A stretch of 64,000 nt of DNA from Planctomycetota bacterium (GTDB lineage Bacteria > Planctomycetota > UBA8108 > SXIK01). This document shows positions 31,625 to 39,935 of the stretch, one piece after another (the first letter of the stretch is position 1; each line of letters begins with the position of its first letter). The stretch is taken from contig OZ244999.1 of NCBI GenBank assembly GCA_965223265.1, forward strand, positions 2,912,001-2,976,000. The letters run 5' to 3'. The notes under the pieces were generated by a model. The model made no database searches, was not told where the DNA came from, and worked only from the letters and a program-made list of their open reading frames with translations. The position numbers were made by a program, and so were the translations under genes.

Positions 31625-32980
31625 CTACGGGCAGAGACCAGGAACTGGCTGAAGGTCCAGCTGCGTCTTGTCGCCCCCGAGCAGCGCTCGCACCCTGCGT
31701 TCGCGTTCCGCGACCTCGTCATCGCTTGTATGGACTGAAAACGTCAGCGAGGCAGTGAAGCTGGCGCCGCCCTCGAGCGTTGGGACGCGCCCGTTTTCGC
31801 GCTCGAACTGTCGGTTGTTGGGGAAGTTAGTCGCTGGCTCGATGCCCGTGACGTAGCCGTCGCCCGTAGCGGCGGTATTCTTCCAGATCGTCAGATGGGG
31901 CAACTCGTGCAGCGAGAATCTGATCGAAGCACCTCGTGAGCCAGCCGCGTTTTTCAGCAGCACCTCGGTCTCTCCTAAATCGTTTCCTTTGAGCGCGAGA
32001 AAATAGACCTGCTCAACGTATCCGGGAGTCGGCGGGTCGTACAGGTGCCAGCTTCTCATTCCACCCTCTGCCGCACGCGGATCGCGCGGTGTGACACGTA
32101 CGGCGGGAGCGACGACTTCGGCACCGCCTTCGAGGATCGTTGGGCCATAGTTGGCGTGGTAGAGGAGTTCGAATTCTTGACGCGAAGCGCCCAGGTTCGT
32201 GATGGTATCGCGGATCGTCAGACTCTTCGAGCCGATGGTTGTCGTGATCTCAGTGGTCATCCTGAGCTGCGTCCCGTACATCATCGTCTCGTCGACGACG
32301 CCGGTCACTTTGATCTCAGGCTTCTCGCCGGGGCCGACCGCGACACTGACATGGCGTGCCGGAACGTAGCTGATTTTGCCGTGGAGGCCGAGCTGAACCG
32401 GGGCGATCGAACCGGTGTTCGTGACGACGTTGTCCACACCAGGCGCGCCATTGGATGCAAGGCCGCAGCGGCACATCCAAGCGCCGAACCCTTCGAGCCA
32501 TCCAAGCCCACCGCGGTCGCTCAGGTTGACGAACTGCGGGTGAACGACTTCCTTGACCGGTGAGTCCCAACCGAGTCTCACATCTCCGCAGCGCGCATCC
32601 CAGATGTCCATGCCGCGCGTTGGAATGATCGTGAACGAGAGAACGCCGTTGTCGACGACGATGCGGTCGACGCCCTCCTGTCGGCCGCCGCGAAGGACGT
32701 CTTTCGTTACGGTCCAGTCCTCGCTCCCGGTCTTCCAGTTGTCGATACGAATGTTTCGATCTACATCGATCAGGACCTGAGTGGAACTGGCCACTGATTT
32801 CTCCTCTTCGGCGCTGAGAGTTGTCGCCATGACTGCAGCAAGGATCGTTGCGGGGACCCATCGAGCGAGGACCCGCGCGACTCGGGCGACGCAAGGTTTG
32901 CCGACAGACGCGGCCGTAGAATCCGCGTACGCCACCGCGAGCGAGGAGGTCGGTTCGGCCGCAGTCGGTGGGCGCTTCAT
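31625..32980 (-). CDS. Aldose-1-epimerase-like DUF4432 protein, apparently with signal peptide
   Basis: PTRGM.I, LGWDSPV, GWLEGF, RCGL, LHG, YHANYG, YVTGIEP; start uncertain. Confidence 0.75.
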   Translation of the reverse strand: MKRPPTAAEPTSSLAVAYADSTAASVGKPCVARVARVLARWVPATILAAVMATTLSAEEEKSVASSTQVLIDVDRNIRIDNWKTGSEDWTVTKDVLRGGRQEGVDRIVVDNGVLSFTIIPTRGMDIWDARCGDVRLGWDSPVKEVVHPQFVNLSDRGGLGWLEGFGAWMCRCGLASNGAPGVDNVVTNTGSIAPVQLGLHGKISYVPARHVSVAVGPGEKPEIKVTGVVDETMMYGTQLRMTTEITTTIGSKSLTIRDTITNLGASRQEFELLYHANYGPTILEGGAEVVAPAVRVTPRDPRAAEGGMRSWHLYDPPTPGYVEQVYFLALKGNDLGETEVLLKNAAGSRGASIRFSLHELPHLTIWKNTAATGDGYVTGIEPATNFPNNRQFERENGRVPTLEGGASFTASLTFSVHTSDDEVAERERRVRALLGGDKTQLDLQPVPGLCP

Positions 32981-33354
32981 CGCCGTGAATCGAGTGGTGA
33001 CGTGCGGCTCACTGAAGGGCTGTGTCACGGTGGAGTTCTCCTCGGTGGTGGTGCCATTGTTGGCTGCAATTGGTGTGGATATCTCTGATGCGCTGGGCAT
33101 AATACGGAGGTGCAGCAGCTCTGAGCACAAAGAATACTGGATACCACGCGTCGAGGCGATGTTTCAAGCTTGGCTGCAGCTTCGGCTGTAACAGAGCAGA
33201 GCGCTGCCAGTGCTTCGCTGAACGGCGCTGCGTGTCGACCCGCAGCGCCGAGGCTCGGAGCTCCATCCGTGAGCGGGTTGACGAACTCGAGCGCGAATGA
33301 ATCTTGCCGAAGGCGAAACGACTCACAGGAAAGACGGTACACAAGGAGAACGTG

Positions 33355-34470
33355 ATGCCCAAGGGCGGCTCCAAGCCTGTCGATGCCGAAGCAGTCTTGA
33401 GTGTCTTGCGGACGGTGCAAGACCCAGACCTGCATCGCGACATTGTGTCGCTCGGTTTCATCAAGGACCTGACGATCGATGGCGGCGTGGTGGCGTTCAA
33501 GGTTGAGCTCACAACGCCGGCTTGTCCTGTCAAAGATCAGCTCAAGGCTGAGTGTGAGTCAAAGGTTGCTGGCCTCCCCGGCGTTGAACAAGTCGACATC
33601 GAGATGACCGCAAACGTTCGTCGCGGTCCACAGCGTGAACCGAGCGATGCGCTCGTCGGTGTGAAGAACGTGGTCGCGGTTGCCAGCGGCAAGGGAGGCG
33701 TGGGCAAGTCGACGACCTCCGTCAACCTCGCATTGTCGCTGCTTGCCTCGGGTGCCAAAGTTGGACTCCTGGACGCGGACGTCTACGGCCCTAGCCTGCA
33801 GATGATGCTTGGAGTCGACGAGCGGCCACTGCCGACTGCCGACAAGAAACTAGCCCCAGTCGAGTCGCACGGGCTGAAGGTCATGTCGATGGCGCTCCTT
33901 CAGGATCCGACGAAACCAGTCATTTGGCGCGGGCCGATGGTGCATGGCCTCTTGCAGCAGTTCCTACGTGACGTGGTTTGGGGAGAGCTCGACTATCTGG
34001 TCATCGATTTGCCGCCGGGTACTGGCGACGCCCAGCTTTCGATCTCGCAGGTGGCCTCAGTCACCGGCGCCGTGATCGTCACAACGCCACAGGACGTCAG
34101 TCTGCTCGATGCGCGCAAGGGTTTGGAGGTCTTCCGCCAACTCAAGATCCCCGTGCTCGGCGTCGTCGAGAACATGAGCTACTTTGTCTGTGGGCACTGC
34201 GGAGAGCGAACCGAGATCTTTCGCCATGGTGGCGGCGCGAAGATGAGCGAGGGTCTGGGAGTACCCTTTCTGGGTGAGATCCCGATCGATCCCGCGATCG
34301 TCGTCGGGGGCGATGCCGGCGAACCGATCGTTGTTCGGGAGCCGAACTCGCCGGCGGCGAAGGCGTATGTTGAGTTCGCCGGCAACGTGGCGGCTCAGCT
34401 CAGTATCGCCGCGGCGGAGAGTGCGCCGGCGCACCCGCCGATCATGCCGGGGCGGATTGAGTGGAAATGA
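33355..34470 (+). CDS. mrp: Mrp/NBP35 (ApbC) Fe-S carrier ATPase with N-terminal DUF59
   Basis: DPDLHRDIV, TTPACP, SGKGGVGKST, WRGPM, DLPPGTGD, ENMS..VCGHC; AAGGAG RBS. Confidence 0.93.
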   Translation: MPKGGSKPVDAEAVLSVLRTVQDPDLHRDIVSLGFIKDLTIDGGVVAFKVELTTPACPVKDQLKAECESKVAGLPGVEQVDIEMTANVRRGPQREPSDALVGVKNVVAVASGKGGVGKSTTSVNLALSLLASGAKVGLLDADVYGPSLQMMLGVDERPLPTADKKLAPVESHGLKVMSMALLQDPTKPVIWRGPMVHGLLQQFLRDVVWGELDYLVIDLPPGTGDAQLSISQVASVTGAVIVTTPQDVSLLDARKGLEVFRQLKIPVLGVVENMSYFVCGHCGERTEIFRHGGGAKMSEGLGVPFLGEIPIDPAIVVGGDAGEPIVVREPNSPAAKAYVEFAGNVAAQLSIAAAESAPAHPPIMPGRIEWK

Positions 34471-34488
34471 TGGCGGACTCGTTCGAAT

Positions 34489-34806
34489 ATGAGTGCTGAT
34501 CCGACAACGCCGACGTCGATTCGACAGTCCGGGCCTCATGAGCTTGAAATCGCGTGGCAGGACGGACACGTCAGCCGCTACCCGGTGGCTTTTCTGCGCC
34601 GCGCGTGTCGCTGTGCTGCGTGCGTCGACGAATGGACCGGCGCTGCCTTACTCGATCCCAGTCAGGTTCCCGATGATGTGCGACCTGTGACCGTCAAACC
34701 GGTCGGAAACTATGCCATACACATCAGCTGGAGCGACGGACATGAGAGCGGCATCTATTCGTTTGAGCACTTGCGGCGGCTCGACACGTCAGCGAAAGAG
34801 GAGTGA
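34489..34806 (+). CDS. DUF971 (GBBH-like N-terminal) protein
   Basis: LRRACRCAAC, VGNYAI, WSDGH.SGIY. Confidence 0.88.
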   Translation: MSADPTTPTSIRQSGPHELEIAWQDGHVSRYPVAFLRRACRCAACVDEWTGAALLDPSQVPDDVRPVTVKPVGNYAIHISWSDGHESGIYSFEHLRRLDTSAKEE

Positions 34807-34868
34807 GCCCACCTCCTCAGCGAATCGAAGGTGAACGCGAAGGTGTCGGCTCGGCCGCGAGCACGAGC

Positions 34869-35291
34869 TCAGCGGACTCCTTCACGCAGAACCTGAACCT
34901 GCACAAAATGTGCCTTCGGCGACGACGAGACGACGCGAATGCTTTCAATGCTGCTGCCTCGAATTTGGGTGCGAGGCGCGGGAAGCTGGTCGTCCACGAC
35001 GTTTCGGGTCTGATCGAAGAAGACCGCTTTGACGCGAATCCAGATCGGATCTGGCGTGCTGTTCTGCAGCTGAAACGTGTACGTCAGGAGACCGTCATCC
35101 GTCGACCCGTACGCTTGCCTGTCGTTCGGGATAGCAAGAGATTCCGCCAGGTAGGGATCCATGACGACCGCAGTCCGCGGTGAATCAACGATGCGCGGCG
35201 ATACTGGAGCGGCGTGTGAGCATGCCGAGACGGCCGCCACCGTCGCGATCAGCAGCACGGATGTCGTGAAGGAATAAGCTCTGTGTGTCAT
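34869..35291 (-). CDS. YcfL/DUF1425-like lipoprotein
   Basis: Lipobox VSAC; LQN......I.VKAVFFD beta-sandwich pattern; last gene of the lipoprotein cluster. Confidence 0.55.
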   Translation of the reverse strand: MTHRAYSFTTSVLLIATVAAVSACSHAAPVSPRIVDSPRTAVVMDPYLAESLAIPNDRQAYGSTDDGLLTYTFQLQNSTPDPIWIRVKAVFFDQTRNVVDDQLPAPRTQIRGSSIESIRVVSSSPKAHFVQVQVLREGVR

Positions 35292-35435
35292 CTCAACTCC
35301 TCTTGCCGGGCGCGTTTGCGGGTCCGTTATGGGCGGCGCGTGTTCCCCTTCGGAGTTCCGAGAGTCGATTCTTCGCGAGGTTCGGCCGGTGGGCGGTGTG
35401 TTCGCAGCGGCCGACGCACTCACGGCGGTCGACGA

Positions 35436-36821
35436 TCAGGTCTCGGGGGGCACACGTCCGGGACCGGACGGCCGGGCTGGTTTGATTGGCGGCGCCCATA
35501 TGCCGCCGCTACGGTTAGGTAAGAGTCTGATCCAATACAAGTTGTTCTCCGGCTGCACCGTCACATTCGTCCACGATTGGGACTGCCCGCCAGCCTTGAC
35601 TGCAAGGGTTCCCGTAGTCGTCGGACCGACGCGTCCGACCCCTAAATAGATGTGGCGCGGTAGGAGACTCCAGGCGCGAGTGTCGGCGCTTGGGTCGACT
35701 GCCGCGGAAGCGAAGATCATCGCCAGGATCCCGGCGCCCATGGCCGCGTATCCGGCGGTGCGAACATTGCGATTGCGGCGACTCGAGCCGACCGAAGCGA
35801 GTACGTGGCCGGTTGCCGCCACGGCGAACCCGGCAGCTTGGATCGCGTCGCGCCGAGCCGCCTTTTCTCGATTCAAGTCGTCCACCTGACGACCGCCGAG
35901 AGTGGTCGCTTGGTCGTAGAGGTCGTCCATGAGAGAAAACGACAACCCCACACCATCGACTTCCAGACGCTGGATTTTTGGAGCGCTGGTTTGCACGTAG
36001 CTGAGGACGGCGCCTTGTGGGCCGCTCTTGCGTTTCTCGGGGGCGCGCCCACTCTCGATCACCATGAGCACGTTGTTACTTGGCTCCATGGCTTCGTCGA
36101 ACAGCTCGGCGATCTGCGGAGCGATTTCCTTGGCCAGTTCTAAATTGCGTCGTGCGTTCTCCGGCTCGCCGAGAAGGGAGTAGCATTTGGCGGCGAAGAA
36201 ACGAAGGATCGCGTAATCGTCGGCGTAAAGCCATCTGCGGGTATTGTCGCCTTCACTCCTGGCTTCTTCGCTATCCACCGGCAAAAAGTATGCGCCGCGA
36301 TCCTTGTTGATTGCGGAGCGAAAAGCCGCGAGCGCGCCTTCGAAGTCCCCGACGCGGTATCGCAGGAGGCCAAGATAGAAATCGGCCATCGCCTGCTCAT
36401 GCGGCTCGCCTTTGAAAGCTTTGTCCTTCTCCTGACCCAGGAGGCTGAGGGCGTCGCGTTCGGCAGAATCTTCTCCAAGGTAGACGTTGCACAGAATCGA
36501 GGCTCGCGTCGCCAACATCTCAGCGTCTTCCCAGCGGCGTTCAGCGATGCTCGCCGAAAGGAGTTTGAGGATGCCCACGAGGGCATTTGGGCCCGTATCC
36601 GTGAGTGACTCGCGATAGCTTTGCGTCACCAGTGCAGTCTGATTGCGGTAGTAGTAGCTGTCGGCCCGTTTGTACTCAGCATGACCGCATCCGGCGACGC
36701 CGAATAGGAGGTGACAGGTTGTGAACAGCCAAAGGGCGTAACGTTGAAACCGAAAGCCCGCAAAAAGCGACAAGTGCGAGCGGCTTCTGATCGCTATGCA
36801 GATTGGGCGCTTCGTCTTCAT
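35436..36821 (-). CDS. TPR-containing lipoprotein (COG3014-like)
   Basis: Lipobox VAGC; FKGEPHEQAMA.FY.G; G.AP.K; ADTRAWSLLP; ATG overlaps upstream stop (ORF-track N-terminal extension to 37466 overlaps another gene). Confidence 0.65.
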   Translation of the reverse strand: MKTKRPICIAIRSRSHLSLFAGFRFQRYALWLFTTCHLLFGVAGCGHAEYKRADSYYYRNQTALVTQSYRESLTDTGPNALVGILKLLSASIAERRWEDAEMLATRASILCNVYLGEDSAERDALSLLGQEKDKAFKGEPHEQAMADFYLGLLRYRVGDFEGALAAFRSAINKDRGAYFLPVDSEEARSEGDNTRRWLYADDYAILRFFAAKCYSLLGEPENARRNLELAKEIAPQIAELFDEAMEPSNNVLMVIESGRAPEKRKSGPQGAVLSYVQTSAPKIQRLEVDGVGLSFSLMDDLYDQATTLGGRQVDDLNREKAARRDAIQAAGFAVAATGHVLASVGSSRRNRNVRTAGYAAMGAGILAMIFASAAVDPSADTRAWSLLPRHIYLGVGRVGPTTTGTLAVKAGGQSQSWTNVTVQPENNLYWIRLLPNRSGGIWAPPIKPARPSGPGRVPPET

Positions 36822-37450
36822 CGATACACCGCCCCGATCATTTGTTGTTTGACGATTTCGTGTGCGTTGGTCCAGATCAGCGTGCCGTCGGAAACCCTTG
36901 TGAGTCCCAAAGTGTATTGAACCGTTCGCCGTTCGAGCTCGCCGCCGCCCGAAGCTGCGTTGCGATAGAGTAGCTCGCGAACCTCCCCGCTCAGGACGTA
37001 TTCGGCGCCCCGCAGGCGCTCGATCGGTTCGCCGCTCACAGTGCGGCTCGCTCTGAGTTCGCGCTCGGCGAGCACGCTCTCGCGTTCGAGGAACGCGTAC
37101 GCTCCCGCTGTGTCGGCGCTCGCCAGTCCGGCGAGGACGCGATTGACAAACAACTCCTTGTCGAAAACCGCGATGCTCGTCCGATGCTTGAATTCGCCGA
37201 CGAGAATGTTCAGCGGTGTGGACTCGTTTCTCAACTCGGAAACTCGACGATTTCGACTCAAGGAATCGATCATGGCTTGCGAGATCGCGCGGATGTCGGC
37301 GACTGAAATCAGCGTGCCTTGATCCGTACCCATTCCGTCCGGGTCCAGCAGGATGGAGCTGGAGTTCTGCGTCCGACAGCCGAACCACGGACTGACGACG
37401 AGAAAAAGGAAGACGGCAAGACGAATGCGCCGGAAACGCTGCAGGCTCAC
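36818..37450 (-). CDS. LpoB/CsgG-fold lipoprotein
   Basis: Lipobox WFGC; DIRAISQAMIDSL; GAEYVLSGEV; L....GTLIW...EI.K. Confidence 0.7.
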   Translation of the reverse strand: MSLQRFRRIRLAVFLFLVVSPWFGCRTQNSSSILLDPDGMGTDQGTLISVADIRAISQAMIDSLSRNRRVSELRNESTPLNILVGEFKHRTSIAVFDKELFVNRVLAGLASADTAGAYAFLERESVLAERELRASRTVSGEPIERLRGAEYVLSGEVRELLYRNAASGGGELERRTVQYTLGLTRVSDGTLIWTNAHEIVKQQMIGAVYR

Positions 37451-37652
37451 GACCTCGTCCGCCCAAGGGAATGGTGGCTAGAGAATCGGGCGTACACTTG
37501 CGATGCTCTCAAAGGTTTTCTCACTGCCGGCTGGTTGAATTCGAATCGCAAAAACGCCTCGGCTGGGCGAGGAAGGCTTTCCGGTGGATTGGACGCGATC
37601 GCTCGCGCTGGTGCGCAGGCGGCGCGCTGTCGGCTCCTGGTACGCTTCGATC

Positions 37653-38198
37653 CTATAGTCGTTTCTTGATCTCAAAGGAATCCGTCCAGACGATGATCCC
37701 GTCGAGGTTCGTCAATCGAAACGTGTACTGAATCGTCTTGCTGGCGTATCCCTGCAGATTGCGCAGCTCGATCTTCAGCGCCATGGCGGCGCCAGCTAGA
37801 AGATCGACTCCTTCGGTTGTGACCTCGCCCGACTGCTGCAGAGCGCGCTCCTCGGCAACGGACGCGCGATCGAGGAAAATCAACTTCTCACTCGTGTTCG
37901 TCAGAGCGCTCAAGAATTTGTTGTAAATGATGTTCTCGTCGTAGTTGGGTTCGCCAGTACGGTTGACGATTTGACTGAGTACGACGCGGTTGTTCTTCTG
38001 CTGCGAGACCTTCGGCGAACGCGCGAGCGACGCCAAAGCTCTCTGCACGGACTCATAGATGTCGTCAGTGCCGCCAGACTCGGGCGACGTCTCGGATGGA
38101 TCAATGAGAATCGGATGTCCGGTCGTGCGCGGACTGGCGCAGCCGATAGCGAGGCAGGTGACTGCTAGACTGGCAGCGATCATGGACAGTCGGTTCAT
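37653..38198 (-). CDS. Second LpoB/CsgG-fold lipoprotein
   Basis: Lipobox AIGC; IVNRT; FLDR..V..ER.LQ; F.LTN..G.IVW...EIKK; similar to neighbour. Confidence 0.65.
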   Translation of the reverse strand: MNRLSMIAASLAVTCLAIGCASPRTTGHPILIDPSETSPESGGTDDIYESVQRALASLARSPKVSQQKNNRVVLSQIVNRTGEPNYDENIIYNKFLSALTNTSEKLIFLDRASVAEERALQQSGEVTTEGVDLLAGAAMALKIELRNLQGYASKTIQYTFRLTNLDGIIVWTDSFEIKKRL

Positions 38199-38559
38199 AG
38201 CCGTTAACTCCTCGGGTTGTTTTCACCTTGATTTTTTGCGGACGTAAACAGTGGCCTCTTTACTCTTTCGGACGTGGCCACGCGTGCCTGAGCCTCAACG
38301 GCCGTTCTTCATCCACACCGTCGGCGACGATAACGAATTCCGAGCCATGGTGTGGCTTGGCCGGCGGCATCTTCTGGCGACGGTGACCAAATTTCAAGCT
38401 TCGCCGCTGACCTCCTGAGCCAGTTTCTGCCGCACGGAAATCGAAGCGTCGGGCTTTCTGCGGTCCACAAAAGAAGATACGATACCCGCTTGCGCAGTAT
38501 TCATGACTTTGCCCGTACTGTCCAAAACTGGTACCACTAACGAGGAGGACTTCGGAGCC

Positions 38560-39618
38560 ATGAGCACCGAGCCGCTGGGAATCGCCATCGTTGGCTGCGG
38601 CATGATCAGTCAGTTTCAGTCGCTGGCCATCAACGCCTTACCGGACGCTCGAGTCGTTGCATACTTTGACGAGGTTCCGGAACGGGCCGAGGCGCGAGCT
38701 TCCGAGCATGGCGCCACCGCGTTCGCCGGGCTTGACGAGCTGCTGCGCTCCGACGCGGTCGACGCAGTTTCGATTTGCACACCAAGCGGGGCGCATCTGG
38801 AGCCAGCACTAGCGTCGATCGCCGCGGGCAAGCATGTGATGGTTGAAAAACCTCTCGAAGTAACTACGGAACGGATTGACCGGATCCTCGACGCCAGCGA
38901 CAGCGCGGGGGTGCAGATCGGCGCGATTTTTCCTCGCCGATTTCAAGAATCCAGCCGCGTCGTGAAACAGGCGGTCGACGCCGGCCGCTTCGGCACCATC
39001 TCTCTCGCTGACGTGTACATCAAGTGGTACCGCACGCAGGAATACTACGACAGTGGCGGCTGGCGCGGCACCTGGAAGCTCGACGGCGGGGGGGCGCTCA
39101 TGAATCAAGGGATCCACGGCATTGATCTTCTGCAGTGGCTCATGGGCGGGGTGCGAGAGGTCTTGGCTTTCACCGATACGCTGTCCCACGAGCGCATCGA
39201 GGTGGAGGACACCGCCGCCGCGGCACTCCGATTCCATTGTGGTGCTCTGGGCGTCGTCGAGGGGTCTACTGGGTGCTGGCCGGGTACCAAGATTCGTGTA
39301 GAGATTGGCGGTTCGGCGGGCTCGGTGGTCATGGAAGACGAGACAATTCTCGATTGGTCGTTCGCGGACGAGCTCCCAGAGGATGCGGCGATTCGTGAAA
39401 AGTTCGGTCCTCGGGAAGGGCTTTCGGGTGGTGGGGCGAGCGACCCGAGTGCGATCGACTTCGAGGGCCACCGCCTCCAATTTGAAGACTTTGTCGCGGC
39501 CATCCGAGCGGGTAGGGCGCCGGCATGCAGTGGCGTTGAGGCGCGTGCTGCGGTCGACATCATCACAGGCATCTACCGCGCTGCGAAGGACCGGCGGGTG
39601 GTCACGCTTGGCGCGTAG
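38560..39618 (+). CDS. Gfo/Idh/MocA oxidoreductase (sugar/NDP-sugar 3-dehydrogenase-like)
   Basis: GCGMI, VEKPL, WRGTWKLDGGGALMNQGIH, EVEDT. Confidence 0.9.
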   Translation: MSTEPLGIAIVGCGMISQFQSLAINALPDARVVAYFDEVPERAEARASEHGATAFAGLDELLRSDAVDAVSICTPSGAHLEPALASIAAGKHVMVEKPLEVTTERIDRILDASDSAGVQIGAIFPRRFQESSRVVKQAVDAGRFGTISLADVYIKWYRTQEYYDSGGWRGTWKLDGGGALMNQGIHGIDLLQWLMGGVREVLAFTDTLSHERIEVEDTAAAALRFHCGALGVVEGSTGCWPGTKIRVEIGGSAGSVVMEDETILDWSFADELPEDAAIREKFGPREGLSGGGASDPSAIDFEGHRLQFEDFVAAIRAGRAPACSGVEARAAVDIITGIYRAAKDRRVVTLGA

Positions 39619-39653
39619 AAATCCTACTGGGCAGAGCTCAAAGTGCGGGCTCG

Positions 39654-39822
39654 AACCTGTGAGGATCAATTCGAACAGAACAGACGAACGCAACGAAGAG
39701 GGGCTTGTTGAGTCGCTGTGAGCTCGAGCGTGCCTGCTATTCTCCTCTGAGGCCAGCGCGAAAATGGCCAGCGCTCGAAAGCGCTCGATCTTTGCGGTCA
39801 AACCTGTGAGGATCAATCGAAC
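39654..39822. repeat. 17-bp exact direct repeat, two copies 147 bp apart
   Basis: AACCTGTGAGGATCAAT at 39654-39670 and 39801-39817, each followed by (T)CGAAC. Confidence 0.8.
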
Positions 39823-39842
39823 GAGGGCAACCAAGGGGGCAC

Positions 39843-39883
39843 AAAAAAAGACTCGAACCCGAAGGGATCGGGCTCGAGTCTTT
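39843..39883 (-). terminator. Rho-independent terminator of the dockerin-like protein gene
   Basis: Minus strand AAAGACTCGAGCCCGA-loop-TCGGGTTCGAGTC followed by T7. Confidence 0.85.
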
Positions 39884-39935
39884 GCCTGAATCTCAGAGGG
39901 TGGGAAGCCGAGGCTTCACACCTTGAGGGCTTCGC

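Noticed and set aside
36822-37466. N-terminal extension of ORF 35436..37466
   Set aside because: Overlaps the LpoB-like gene in another frame; ATG at 36821 with ATGA coupling and a lipobox is the better start
39654-39822. Possible mini-CRISPR
   Set aside because: Only two 17-bp units 147 bp apart, and no cas genes
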